From Nageia nagi (taxonomy: Eukaryota > Plantae > Pinophyta), in the NCBI GenBank assembly GCA_050084985.1, contig JBITNC010000001.1, positions 162,564,001 to 162,628,000 on the forward strand: DNA of 64,000 bases, read 5' to 3'. The position numbers were made by a program, and so were the translations under genes. Numbering within the stretch: the stretch's first letter is position 1; every line of letters begins with the position of its first letter. Shown piece by piece: positions 37,340-50,829 of the stretch. The notes under the pieces are model-generated. The model was not told where the DNA came from. It saw nothing but the letters and a program-made list of their open reading frames with translations, and searched no databases.

Positions 37340-39863
37340 CTGGTCACAAGTCTGGTTGGGCTACTTCTGGAGTAGCTAGAGGTTTCGAGAGGTTATGGCT
37401 GCACTTTTTGGCAGAACAGGACTATATTTCCTTATTTTATGCTCTTATCATTAGGTTTGAATGAGTTCTTTCATATTCTGTTAAACTAAAGTGCAAGTGA
37501 GCAGTGTAGGCATTTTTATGCTTCCAAAATTTTTAACTACATGCCGATTGCTTCTCACAAGAGTTTCCCAGATACAACAGTGGACTGTTACATCATCCTT
37601 ATAATATTTGATAGCATCTAAAGGTATTAGTATACTTCCATGAAAGAGGAATGGGTGTAATCTCAACTTAATTCAAGGTGATCATTTACTGGTTTTTATG
37701 TTTTTTTTTTTCAAATTTTATATTTGTTAATGTAAAATTCTTTCTGTTGAAAGAGATAAAGGTTTGTAAGTTTCTCCCTACACTTGCATCATCAGATCTT
37801 TTGGGCAAAGGTAATATTTTAATAGATTGCATGCTTTGTGTATATAATTTCTAATGTATTTGAGGGTTAAGCTGGTTTAAATATTCTATTCTTTCCCATG
37901 AATAATACAAAGGTATACAGGTAAATTTTAGGTATATGCATTTCTTTTTAACTTGTTACTTATCTTTAGCTGGCAAATAAATGTTTTTACAACATTAGTT
38001 TTTACATTGCTTTTTCTGATAGTGTTCAGTTGCACATACTATGAACATGTGCTAAAAGGTGTGATTCAATTTTTTAAATATAGACTTAGGTTGAAACTTT
38101 TTATTGTGATATTGTGTGCACATGCGATTAATTTTTTATGTGATGCTAGTAATTCAAGCCTATCAATCCACAATCAGGCCAGGAGTTGTGGTCTACAAAA
38201 GTCAGACAATAGTATATTTTATTCCTTACTACAATACCTATAATTCATTGTGTAAGAGACTTCGTGTTTAGCGACAATCTTTTTGGAACATTCTGGGGAA
38301 TTTTGATCAGTTTCATATCCTTTATATTTGGCTGTTTATGACTTTGCTGTTGTGTTTTCGAAAGTATCTTTTGACATTTCATGGAATTTTGGAACCAATT
38401 GCTATTGCATGGCAGATGATGTTTTACACTTGATCTCTGAAAATCAGGTAAGTTTAACTGATGAAAACAATTGTTGCTGATGCCATATGAAAATTCCATT
38501 TCATGGGATGATGGATAATGTTCTTCTTGCTTGAATTTGTTTCACATCTTTGTTCTATGTAATGCAGGTATCAAAATGTACTTTTCTTGGGGTATTTAAG
38601 TTGTGGTAAACTGCTTATTCTATTATTTTTGTGTAAGATATTATTAAATTAAATTGTGACTGATATTGGTTAGCTAATCCTTGTGACTATCAAGAAGTAT
38701 GAATGTTCTGTCTATGCAGCAGCTGAAAGTATTATGAATCTATGATTAATGTCTTTCTATGAAAAGCTGAATTGTGGTGGTACATTATCTTCTGTATTTT
38801 TGGTCTCTTCCCTTGTTTCTGGCCACTTCAATGTAATGCTTGTGACTATCAACAAAATTTGAGTGTTCTGGCCATACAGTAGTTGAAAATATTATGATTA
38901 AAAACTTTATTACTCTGTCAAAAGTTGTCCTGTTGTGTGATTTCATTATCTTTTGGTTTTGTAAGTGTCTTCCATATTTTCTAGCCACTTCAATGCAAGG
39001 GCATTATCAGGATCCGAACTTCTTTTACCTATGCTCCATGTAAAATGTGAATGCTTCAACCCTCAGGTAGTTCCTTTATTTTCGTTCTACTGAAAGTTGC
39101 TTTGCTAGGCAAATTCATTTTTTGAGGAAACATGACCAGATTTTATTTGATCTTAGGCTATCTGTGTTCTTTTTGTTAGGGATGAGGTTTGTTTTACACA
39201 AAATAAAGATCTTTTTGTTGAGCTTGCCACGATGAACTGAAGGATTTGATGAGGATGCAACTCTTGGAAATAACTAAATATTCTAAGGATGAGAGTGGTT
39301 ATTGAGAAATTGACATCTTGGACAAGTCTTATCATTAGCTTTGAGTTGGGGGGTATAACATTGCATGTCAAGTTTATGGTGCATTGGACAATTGATAGCT
39401 TGAGCATCATGTCACAGTTTTAAATAGAGTCATGGTATTATTTTAGGGGTGCCAATTACTTTTTTTATTTCAAATATTTTCAAGCTGAAGACTTGATAGC
39501 GCATATTGCTCTGGAATAATGAAGTTGGTTGTAGATAGGTAAGGTTGTTGGGATATTGAGATAATTATAACATCTTGAAGATTGTCAATGGAATAGTTAG
39601 AGGTATGTAGCTTTATCATGGATGACATATTATTATTCTCAGTGTGCATGTGATTCCCATTGGATCTTAAGATGTCATCAGCATGTGCTCCATAGACTAA
39701 GGTTGATTGCTGCTCCAAGAGAAAAGCATGCTAAGATGAGACATTCATGGTAATAGTTCGCATTTGGAGATTTATATCCTTATGTTATGTTGATGAAGTA
39801 TTGTTCTCATTGGAAGCAATAAATATATGACATTTGACAAAGGGGCTTTTAAAGGATGTGGAG

Positions 39864-40142
39864 GGAGAACTCACTTTAGACTTGTTCTTTGTTCCTTAAG
39901 GCTTGGAGGATGTTTTTTTTGTTAAGAAGTTAGTAATTCTACTACAACAGAGGTTGAATTTTCCATTGATTTAGTAGTAAGATGGGAAGCCATTTCATGA
40001 GCTTGTGGAGAACTCACTTTGGACTTGCTCTTTGTTCTCTAAGGCTTGGAGCATGCTTATTTTTGAGGAGTTGGTAATTCTACTTCAAAAGAGGTTTGAA
40101 TTTTCTATTGATTTAGTATGGGAAGCCATTTCATGAGCTTGT
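39864..40142. repeat. ~140-bp tandem duplication (2 copies)
   Basis: ggagaactcactt...gggaagccatttcatgagcttgt starting at 39864 and 40007. Confidence 0.9.
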
Positions 40143-40849
40143 TAAAGGATTGTTGCACTTTAGTTAAGTGCTTTTAGAGAAGCTTCTAAGGGTTGCATCT
40201 ATGATATTTAAACATAAAGTGGACATTACTTATGCAATGAGGATTATTATATATGAGCAAATTATGTTTGATGTGCTTTAAACCCAATGTTGTGTAGGAT
40301 CTATCAAAATTTGTCCAAAGAATAAATATGTATCATTCATGTAATTAAATGATTGTTTTTAACAAAATTAAGATTCATAAGAATTTTTTTAGGTTTTTTA
40401 TTCGTTATCTTGGTTGAAGATCCCATGGATCAAGTTGTAATGATAAATATTGTTATCTTGGTTGTTTTTCAATTACTTTATCAAAGTCTTCAGTCAATCT
40501 TTTAAGATGATTGGTTTTGGTGAACTAGTTTTATCAATTAATGATTGAAAATTGCTGGCCACCATTCTTTTAAAAACAAGTTATATGATTGGCTTATTGA
40601 TGGTTATAAGAGTAAGAAGCATTGAGTGCTTTTCACACTTCTGCCTTCATTTAGGGGTTAAGAAGATGTGCAAAAGCTTTAGGAAGTAATTATTCTCAAG
40701 AGGAATGAAATAATTTTTTTTTATGGATTTTGTAAGTTATAATTGATAAGTTGACAAAGGTAGCTCATTTAACACTAAGACCTATTGTTGTAGTGTAGAG
40801 TTTAAGGATGAGTGTGTGACCATAGTGTATTTCTTGGACCAATATGTGT

Positions 40850-41510
40850 TAATCATGTTGCATCTTTATTTTAACATTCCAAAGGATATTTAGGACATCA
40901 ACTTCAACATGTGTCATCTTATGAGACAATTACAACTAGATAGAGTTCTAGGTCTTGTACTATCTTGGGATAACTTCATTGTACTTCTATTGGTATGAAA
41001 CTTTGTAGATCTATGCTGATTTGTGGGTTTGACGATGGAACATGGTGGTCATGGCACATCTATAAGTAGCTCCTACATTTTTCAATTCAAAAGGCATATC
41101 ATTTTAGCAAAACTTCCCCCAAGGTGTAGTGAAAGTAGTGATCTCAAGTTGATCAATTGGATTGATTAAAATCTAATTATATTATGAGAAGCCATCCATG
41201 AAAAACAAAGTTTTATGGTTTGATGTACTATTCACAATTGTGTCTATAAGAAATGGAAAATTATCTATTAGACATGCTTTATTGATGTCTCTAAAATTCG
41301 TCCATACTTCTCATGAACACATGTTTATATAATTCTTTCTTGTTATATTCTACTCCAATATGCATGATTCTTGGTTGTTCTTTAGTACCAATATTAATAT
41401 TTTGTATATATTCTTGACAAATAAAAATTATGCCCCTTACAAAACAAGAGTTTCTAAACATATGATGGACAAAAACTTTGTGAACCCTTGGAAATGATGA
41501 AATCATAGTG
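40850..41510 (-). mobile_element. Non-chromovirus Gypsy (Tat/Ogre/Athila-type) RT remnant
   Basis: INIGTKEQPRIMHIG (41291-41506), FMDGFS*YN*I (~41170-41200), TTFTTPWGKFC..MPFELKNVGATY.CAMTTMFH (41035-41140). Confidence 0.8.
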
Positions 41511-41899
41511 TGACTTTTTAACCTTTGGAAATGATGAAATAATGATGCAATAAACCATTGACACTACCAATATTGTTACATCAACAAAAATTTGATCTTA
41601 TGCCAAGAAATTGGTTTTCAAAAGACCTATATATATTCTTATATATAAGAGGTTTTTTCTTTATTGTGCATCAAGGGTGATTTTCATTAGAGTTTTCTTT
41701 TTACTTTTTTTTTTTTTTTGGGATGATTTTGACATCTTTACATAAAGCAAACAAGGGTGCGAATGTTGTTATTTTATAATAAAATGAAAATAAACATTTA
41801 AGTATGTAACTACTTAGAATATCTCTTTGATATTAAGCTTTGTTTGCATTTTCTCTTACACATGAACGTCCTCACAATACTATTTTTCTTGCCCTAAGT

Positions 41900-43130
41900 A
41901 TGCATTTTGTCTAAATACATGACCTATCCTCTTGATGTTAAGACTTTGACAACTTAGATCTACCTCCTATGAACTCCAAGCATATTGAGCATAAAAAAAT
42001 CAAATTCTATCTCTTCATCATGACCAATACACATCTCTTCATCATGACCAATACACATCTCTTCATCAATTTTGTATAGTAATTGGTATACTTCTATCAA
42101 ATTTCATTATACAAAAACTTTTGCACATTTGGACACATCATCTTCATTTGCTACTAATGAACCAATTCCAAGCCCATATTTTTTTTTTGGGTCTCTTCCA
42201 CTCTTGGGTACAAACTTTATTCCTTGCTAATATTTTCCCAAACCTCCTTGCAAATTGCATTTTTGAAACTATTTCTTAACAAAAGGACTTTTGGACAAAG
42301 ATGGTTCATGTTCACACATTCTTTTTTCAGCATTTTTACTTGACTTTGGCTTGTTTATCTATTTTATAGATTCCTCTTGAGATTTATTGTGTTTTTTCTC
42401 CAAAAGGGCATTGTAGATGGTGTGACTATAGGTCTTGACTCCGTTGCCAGTATGAATCCCATGTATATTTATGTTGATCCAAAGTATTTTTTAAAAACCA
42501 TTGGGTCTAGGTCTTCAATTTTGTATGTTCCAAGCCTCATTTCAATGAAATGAACCTATTCTTCTATCTTCTTCATAATTAATATTATCTCTTCACAGGA
42601 ACCCCAAGCAAATTTATATGAGCCACATCAATAACATCTAAATCAAAATCAACCAAATTATAAAACTCATAGGGCTATGGATCAACTTCAATTATTTGCA
42701 AGTACCTCTTATGTTAAAATTTCAAGCACCTATGTAATGTAGAATGTAGGAGCCTTATTTCATAATCGAAGGCCTTCCTAAAAATAAATTGTATGTCAAC
42801 TTCCCAATGATAATGTGCATTGGAGTTTATAAAAATTTACGACCAACTTGGATAGGCAAGGTTCCTATCTCAAGAGCTTTCTTAGATACTTTACCAAATC
42901 CCTTTATCCTAAGTTTAGGCTCATTTAAGGTTGAGATTTCTACTCCTTTTTCCTCTTGCAAAAAATTGTCAGATCAAATATGAACATCGAATTCGAGGTC
43001 AATCAAAGATTATTTTACCTAATGTCCCTTAACACATGGTTTGATATACAAAGCAAGAATTCATCTATTACAAATTATTTGGGAAGCTCATTGTCATCAA
43101 ACATTATAGGATTACAATGCTTCCAAACTT
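41900..43130 (-). mobile_element. Heavily decayed Gypsy gag/protease remnant
   Basis: DFDLDVIDVA-like post-protease segment near 42620-42655 and general retroelement-like composition. Confidence 0.4.
42009..42068. repeat. 24-bp tandem repeat x2.5
   Basis: atctcttcatcatgaccaatacac repeated. Confidence 0.9.
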
Positions 43131-43429
43131 CAAAAAAGTGGCAATAACTAGATTGCTAGGGACTTGTTCAGATTTGAAAGCATTATATACGATTTCTATG
43201 AGGTTGCGAGATCTAAATTAACTCATACAAACTAAATTTGGCTTGGGTATTTTTCAATTGTTCTAACATATTGTATGCTCTAGGTTCAGGTGGGATACTT
43301 ACTTGGTCTTACATAATGGGCTCTTGAACATTTCTTAGACATCTTTTATGAATGGCTACATAAACCTTCTCATCAATAGAGATTTTGTTGGTTGATCATT
43401 TATCAATTTTTTCTCTTAAGTGGATCTTG

Positions 43430-44290
43430 GATCTTGTACTTTTGCATATGTTGTTGATAGTTTAATGTATGCTATGGTTTGCATTAGACCTGGTATTGCC
43501 CAAGCATTGGGAGTTGTGAGTAGGTACATGAGTAACCTTGAAAAAGAGCATTGGTAAGTAATGAAGTACATACTTTGATATTTGAGAGTACATCCAATCA
43601 TTTTTTATGTCAATGGTACTAATATTGATGGATAGGGTTTTGTAGATTCAAATATGGTTGATAAAGATGGTGGGAGGAGCACCATTTATTATGTTTTCAC
43701 TATTGGTGAAACAACTATGAGCTAGGTGTCCAAGCTACAACAGTTTGTGGCATTGTCTACAACGGAGGTGAAGTATGTTGCAGCTACAAAGGCTAGCAAG
43801 GAGATCATTTGGATTCAAATATTCATGGAAGAATTGAGACACAAACAAGAGGATTACAAGTTGTGGAGTGACAATCAAAGTGCCATTAATCTTGCCAAGA
43901 ATTCATTCTTCCTTTCAATAACCAAACACATTCAGCTTGGGTACCATTTGATATAGTTAGTATTGGAGGATGGATCCTTAAAGTTGGAAAAGATAGATAC
44001 ATATTAGTAAAAATCCTACATATATGTTGACCAATGTATTCATAGAGCCATGAAGGGTTGGGGAGATCCCCAATAGGTGCAAAAGTGGTGGAGTTTTTGT
44101 GTACAATCTCCAAGTGGGAGATTGTTGGAGCATGGAGCTTGTTATCCTAGGAGGTGCATGTGTGTAGTTGTGTACAATCGAGCACCCCATGATCCCTTCT
44201 TACCATGCAAGATCTGTAAAGTGGAATATGTTTACATCAAGTGTAGCAGGGGGATTGTAGGGGGGACGACTTAGGAAACGATCGAGCAAA
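43430..44290 (+). mobile_element. Ty1/Copia 3' end (end of RT, RNase H, PPT, start of 3' LTR), Tnt1/Tork-like
   Basis: SLMYAMVCIRPGIAQALGVVSRYMSN..KEHW; SKLQQFVALSTTEVKYVA..SDNQSAINLAKN..TKHI; PPT ccaagtgggagat then LTR TGTTGG at 44123. Confidence 0.9.
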
Positions 44291-44546
44291 ATTTTTGGGT
44301 TTTTTTAATCGTATTTTATAAATAATGTTATTATTGTAAAATGTATTTTTTAAGAGTGGCTATTTTTAGTGGTGAATCTGGACCATCAATATTAGGTCAT
44401 AAATATGGGGATGGTTTCACTTAGCTAGTTTGAGGTTAAGCAATTCGATAACCAAGGACTCCATCATAACAGCTAATACTATGGTTTAATGGGTTGAATG
44501 GTAGAATTTTGATGAAACTTGGGAAATGCAAACGTCTAAAAATTCT

Positions 44547-44660
44547 AATGCTTCTTACAACAATAAGAAGAACGACATCAACCCCCTCTATATCCTCCTC
44601 ATTGTACGCAATGATGAAGAGCTTGATAAGCTTATAGCTAGAGTCACCATCACCCATAAT
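44547..44660 (+). pseudogene. H2A: Histone H2A gene fragment (H2A.W-like residues)
   Basis: [38 protein letters not shown] aligns to H2A NAARDNKK.RI.PRH..LAIRNDEEL.KLL.GVTIA.G. Confidence 0.85.
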
Positions 44661-46482
44661 GATGAAATTGTTCCTTTATTGTTCAATGGGCATTCAGTTC
44701 CTCTTACATTTGCCAATTTTGTTTGGTGTTATTGCAAAATAAATGCAAATTGATTAGAACGAATCTTGCAAGAATATGTATTTTCTAGATATTTATTTAA
44801 TGTATTTTGTTTGGTTAAATTATTTGATTAGTAAGGTCTTTACCACTTTATCATATGCATTAATTTGGTCATTGTAAATTTCAAATTATTAGATTTGAAT
44901 TATAGAGAAGAAACATGTAGTTAGTTGCATAGCAATAATGATATGATGAGCAAAGAGATTTTATATTTTTATTGTTGTATTCATATTGTAATGTTACACT
45001 TATAATATTAACTATTATTTATTACTATGTTATGCATTTTATCTATTTGATTATTTTTTGAATCTTATTTGAGTAGTTATTTTTATTATCTGTTATTTAG
45101 ATAATAAAAAATATTGTTAACATCAAAATGCGTATAGATATATAGATAGATTTAATTTTATTTTCAGATTTATTAAAGTGCATTACATTTAGATATTGCT
45201 ATTTTCAATATTTTTCTTCTCATTTATAATTCAAACTCGCTAAAATATGCAAGGAAATCGATTGGTACTTAGGTCATTAAGTACTATCATTTTCAATTAT
45301 TCCTCTCTTTACAATTCAAAACTTGTTGAAATATACAAAGGAATACCTTAAGTTCTTACTAAAATATGCAAGGGATTCCATTGGTACTTAGGGAATTAAG
45401 TACCTTTGTTTACATTTATTTCTTCTTTACATTGCTATGAGATGATATATTACGTCTTATCACTTTTCTTGATATCCTTCTCATGTATCTTTACCTTGAT
45501 TCCTTCCACTTGGTGGCTTCTTTATGATGCAACCAAGGAAAAAAGGAGGTATGAGATTGGTGTTAAAAAGAGGTAGTATATGCTTCTATCAAGATGAAAT
45601 TTCAAGGGAGTATTTCCTTTTCTATCCTTCTTTGGATTATATGGATGGGCTAGCCCCAACATATCAAAAGAGGGGCATTTGTAGATATAATTTTTATTTA
45701 TTTTAAAATCATATTTGGGTATCAATAAAAAGAGATTAACTAGTATAAATTTATCATTTTTATATTCTAAATAGTTATTTTAAGATTTATAATTTATTAC
45801 AATATTTCTTTGTTATATCATACATTTCTCTCTTTTATGGTTCGAAGTTTGAGGAAGGCTAAGCTAGGTGTCTTGACAAAGGTGAAATATTGTATATAAA
45901 ATGATACATGTGATCATGAGATAACTATTAGACCTTGATAAATCTCTTCCTAATCATTATTTAATATTTATTACTAAATGTGAATGATATTTCTTGATAC
46001 CACCTACAAACATATAATTGTCCCCAATCTTTTAACCTTTATCATATTATTTCTAATCTTATCAATAAATGATATATCTTTTCAAAGACTATGTACTAAT
46101 CATTCTTTTTTGGAGCCCATTCTATGGAGGGTTTTATGTGATAATATTATATATGACCATTCACTAGCATATGAGAGTTGAGAAGATAAACACTCTAAGT
46201 TTTAGGATCAATTATTCAATAATATCTTGATCTCTTTTCTATCACTCTTATAGTAGACATGAAAATTTGATAGGCAAGGTATGCTCTAATAGCTTATATA
46301 ATTTAAATATGAGTGGAAATTCATATTTATTCTCATTATTTCTTGTCTATATTGAATTTATTAAATCATTTTCAATATTAACACTATCCACCATCTATAC
46401 TAAAAGATTGTAATAAGGATGATTTACCATTTTTTTTTTACTTATAATTCATAAGATAACTTAGCAACATAAAAGCATATAT

Positions 46483-46640
46483 CACTAGACAAGAAAGGGA
46501 TTTTAAGGGCATTTTTAAACCATCTCCTATCATCTTACCAACGATTATTTGCCCGTTGCCTATGAGCCCGCCATCAAAAGTCCCCTCTACAAAAAATGAC
46601 TAAACACCTCTGGTATATGGCAAACCTACCTCATTATTTT
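46483..46640. mobile_element. Possible degenerate CACTA terminus and subterminal region
   Basis: cactagacaagaaa (cf. CACTACAAGAAA) followed by a more GC-rich subterminal-like sequence; no partner TIR found. Confidence 0.3.
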
Positions 46641-47079
46641 TTAAAAGTGGCAGTTTGAGCCATCACTTTATGGATATACTTTATAGTTTAAAATTGCCAC
46701 ATAGTTATCACATATATTTTTTTTAAAATAGGTTATTACCTAGAAGCATTTTTTCGTTTGAAAGAATGCTTCCAAGTTACACCATCCTTAGTTACCCAAG
46801 GCACCCAAGCTCAATCATAGTGAGCCTAATTATGATGCTAGCCATGGAATCCTAAAGGATGGCCCAATGGAATTGACCAGTCACCATTATATATATATAT
46901 ATATTGCATATGATGAAGTGGTAAGTTGGTAAAAACATGCTTGTAATACTTTCCAACTATTCAACCCATAAATTTAAATTTTATGTTATCTTGCCTCCAC
47001 AATAAGCATAATAAGATATCTTTTCCCAAGAGAACATGCTCAAAACATTATGAATTAGAAGTTCTCAACATATGTATCA

Positions 47080-47320
47080 CCATTATGTTACCATACAACC
47101 AACCAAGATGCTTTAAACATATGATATGAAATGATCCAAGTCCACCATATAATAGAAAATTGTGGACTTTTACACAGATGCATGATGTAAGGCATGGGAA
47201 TTATTTGATAAGATTCATGATATGCAAACATAATTTCATTGTATGCAATGATTGGAAGATATAAACAAATGATGCAAGACCTATGAATTGGTTGACAAGA
47301 TGCATGATGCAAACACTATT
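47080..47320 (+). pseudogene. PPR fragment
   Basis: KAWELFDKIHD..IISLYAMIGRY..ELVDKMHDAN. Confidence 0.75.
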
Positions 47321-48513
47321 TTTTGAAGAAGCTCAATAAGATTCAAATATTCTCAAATGATTAAGAATGCCACTATTATGATCAAGGATCACAGAATTAT
47401 GCTTAAACAATTCAAGTGTTCTCTATAAATGAGTCAAATATGCTCTATAGTATTGCTACCACAATACTTCGATTTACAAGGACCAAGTAGACCGCTTACA
47501 TTGAGGTGATTTAAAATTGTTGCATCTAAAATTAATAAAGAAAAAAGGGCATAATTGGGAGAATGCTTCCATTTTGTTCCATCATCGGTTTCATGAGGCA
47601 CTCGAGCTCAATCATAGTGAGGCCAATCAAAGTGTTAGCCATGGATTCTTGAAGGATGGCCTAGTCGAACTGAGCAATTACTATTCAATTTTTACAATTG
47701 CAACATATTGAAATGATCTAAATGCTCCAACAATATAGGAAAAATCATCTAAGTACACCAATATATATATATATATATATATGACATGGAATTATCTAAA
47801 TAATGATATAAAATGATCCAAATGCACCATTATAAGAAATGATATGAAGGATCCAAGTTGGTTTTGTGGTTAACATTATGAACAATGTTTGAGCATAATA
47901 ATGATATATCTATTGAGAGCTTGTCAATGTAGCTAGCGTTGACTATTCAACCTAGAAATTTATCAAAAACTAGTTCAAAAGTAGTAAGTTGGCAAAAACA
48001 AATATATTATGACAAACATATTTCAAACATTTGAGCATAATTGAATTTGTAGAGCATATTTAAATTAATTGAGAATAATTATAGAGAATATGATTTTAAT
48101 CTTTTTACACTTATATTTAAATGATGACATGTGATACGAAATGTTTTAAATACACCATATGATCCAAAAATTGTCGTGGAGAAGTAAAACAACTGTTCAA
48201 CCCAAAATTTTTCTAAGCATTAAAAACTAGTCCAAGAGTGGTAAGTTAGTCAAACACTTCCTTTTTTATGATTATACAAGCTACTAAGATATATTTTATG
48301 CTTCCATAAATGTACCCTCAATATTCTTATGTATGTATTCAATGTAGCCATCATTTGTGCTATTATCTTGAGTAATGTGAAATTCAACAAAATCTATTCT
48401 TCGATTCATCTCCCTAAAACTAAAACAAAGAATAATAGTTTAAAGATGATTATAAAATATTACATTACAATGAATATAAATATCAAAGATTGTATTCAAG
48501 TGAGAATAATAAC

Positions 48514-48747
48514 CTAATGGTTCCTCTTCATGCATATTAAAGAAGTTATATGTCCTTTCAATTCCTTACCAAATAGGCACTCACGAACCTCCTCAAAACC
48601 AAAAGTTTCTATATTATGGCACTTTCGACATAGACATCTACTTTTATTATGATCCATTGAATTATTTTTTACAAATTTAATGAATTTATCAACTCCACAA
48701 GAATATTGCTCACTATTTCTAGCTGCATGTAACCATGCTTTGTCCAT
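48514..48747 (-). mobile_element. CACTA/En-Spm transposase-associated N-terminal domain fragment
   Basis: MDKAWLHAARNSEQYSCGVDKFIKFV...RCLCRKCHN...EEVRECLF matches the MD.SW...R.S.EY..GV..F...CPC..C.N...V..HL signature. Confidence 0.85.
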
Positions 48748-48959
48748 AATGCTTGACAAAAAATATTCTTAAAACTAGCAAAATCATAGATAAAGGTAAA
48801 AGTTAACCTTGATCTATGCCAAGGCAAGAAATTTTTTTCTACTTAAAAGTATATCTTTATTGACAATATTAAACTCTTGGATATGATGAATCACTTGAAT
48901 TCAACGCCAAATACACTCATAGAATGGAAAATAAGTAATGTGATCCTATTGAGCATGAA

Positions 48960-49200
48960 TTGCATTGCATGATGCAAACATTTTCATGGTGTATAATAAA
49001 TATAAATAATTTCATGGTCTATAATGATTTTAGGATACATACAAAATGGGTTTTTTGGAAAAGGCCCATAGACATGTATACAAAATGTGGAAGAATACAT
49101 AAGGCCTAGAAATTGTTTGACAAGATGCATGATGCAAATGCAATTTCTTGGAATGAAATTATCAGAGGATATGCAATTCATGATATGCATGATAACATCA
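48960..49200 (+). pseudogene. PPR fragment
   Basis: IISWSIMILGYIQNGFF/DMYTKCGRIHKA*KLFDKMHDANAISWNEIIRGYAIH. Confidence 0.85.
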
Positions 49201-49419
49201 TGAATAATGGTAAAGCATAACTACTATATATCTACTAAGAGCTTGTAAATGTAGAAGCTTTGACTTATCTAATTCATGATATTTTGAACATGTTATCATG
49301 GCGAAAAGAAATCCAACCTTTATATCTTATTGTGATTATTATGGAGGTAAGTCAAAATAACATGTAAATTTCTGTGTTGAACAATGGAACATGTTGTGGA
49401 TTCCTTCATTTCGTGGCCT

Positions 49420-49620
49420 ATATCATACTAGTTTCATGGTTTGCAATGATTGCAAAGTACACACAAAATAGATATTTTGAAAAAGTTCCGTAGATATGTA
49501 TGCAAAATGTGGAAGAATACACAAGGCTTGAGAATGTGAGCATAATTGTGTAATGATGCATCTCAAGGATAATGCAATAAGAGTCACTCATGCTATTCAA
49601 GTATTTACAACCATGTGGTG
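49420..49620. pseudogene. Chimeric PPR fragment: plus-strand motif fused to a minus-strand motif
   Basis: 49420-49535 plus: VSWFAMIAKYTQN/DMYAKCGRIHKA; 49540-49615 minus: GCKYLNSMSDSYCIILEMHHY. Confidence 0.8.
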
Positions 49621-50829
49621 TAATGAATATCTTTAAACACATCTTGTCAAATCTAGTAAATTACCATTACATTGACTATAAGATGCATCTTGAATTAAGA
49701 GATATTCATTCAAACATAATTTCTATTGTGTTCACCTTAGTAGATATTTAAGAATCCTGCGCTGATATTATGGAGTTTCAACTAATGGGCATCAATTATG
49801 TGATGCATTTATCCTTTCTAAGGAATACCTCGATAGGGAATATAAATATGGTTTCCTTTACAATGAAAGGGGACTTTTAAGGTCAAATTTGGGAGCTGAA
49901 ATTGATATAGGAGCACAATGTAGAGGTACCTCATCTATGTTATATTGAGTTCAAGTTTATTTTTGAGGACTACAAGGTTCACCTCTTTAACACCTATGAA
50001 GTGGTAGGTAAATATTTTGATGCATTAATTTCTTGTTCAAAACTTAAATGCGAAGTGGATTCGTTATCAAAATTTAGGGTTTTATTGCTTCTTGATCTAA
50101 GCTAATACCATCATTGGTAATAGTGGTTGGATTCTTCCTCTTATATTGAGGGTTGACTTAGTAATTACTTTAAAACTAGGTATAATCCTCTTATCTCATT
50201 TTCCATTTTCCTTGTGATTGCAATCCAAATTATCATAGGTAATCATGATCAATCTGCTATCATTATATTGATGATAATTTTAGGGTTATACTTAGCAAGT
50301 AAAGGGTTTATGGTATCGTTGATTTGGAATCACTCTATGGAAATAAATGTCTTCAAATTTTGGGAGTCCTAAAGTAACTTTAAAATGTTAATTTAAGGGT
50401 TGAAATCTTATATGTGTATATTTATCTATGGCTAACCTCTTGTAAATATTTTTATTGCATTTCTGGCATGATACATTTCTCCCCTTGTATGGTTGAAGCA
50501 ATGCAATTCAAAATTCATGGAAAATAATAGTATGCATGTTATCATGATATAGAATTTAAGCTAACGAACTTATTGGGATGTCATCTCATGATTAGTTTTA
50601 CCTATTTTTTTCTATAGTAACCTTAGATGATGTTTCATGTTTTTAATTTTTGAAGAATGATAATAGGATGAAGATGGTAGTTTCTATTTTTCCCCTAATA
50701 TTTAAAAAATATCTATGTTAGGATCTCATATTTATTTTGCATCAATGATAGGTTTAGTGTTGCTTGATAATTAACACTAACTGATGGCTCTGCTAAAATT
50801 GGGGAGATAAGAGAGTTATTAGACTAATG

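Noticed and set aside
36224-37379. ORF-track starts at 36224 and 36884 and overlapping or antisense ORFs (36255-36500, 36360-36650, 36768-37019, 37149-37379)
   Set aside because: Intronic extensions or shadow frames of U1C exons 4 and 5
38410-39245. C/D snoRNA candidates (ATGATG...CTGA at 38416-38440; GGATGA...CTGA at 39180-39240)
   Set aside because: Imperfect C boxes, no terminal stems and no recognisable rRNA/snRNA antisense element
40773-40795. CACTA...TAGTG 23-bp mini inverted repeat
   Set aside because: Too short, no TSD; expected by chance
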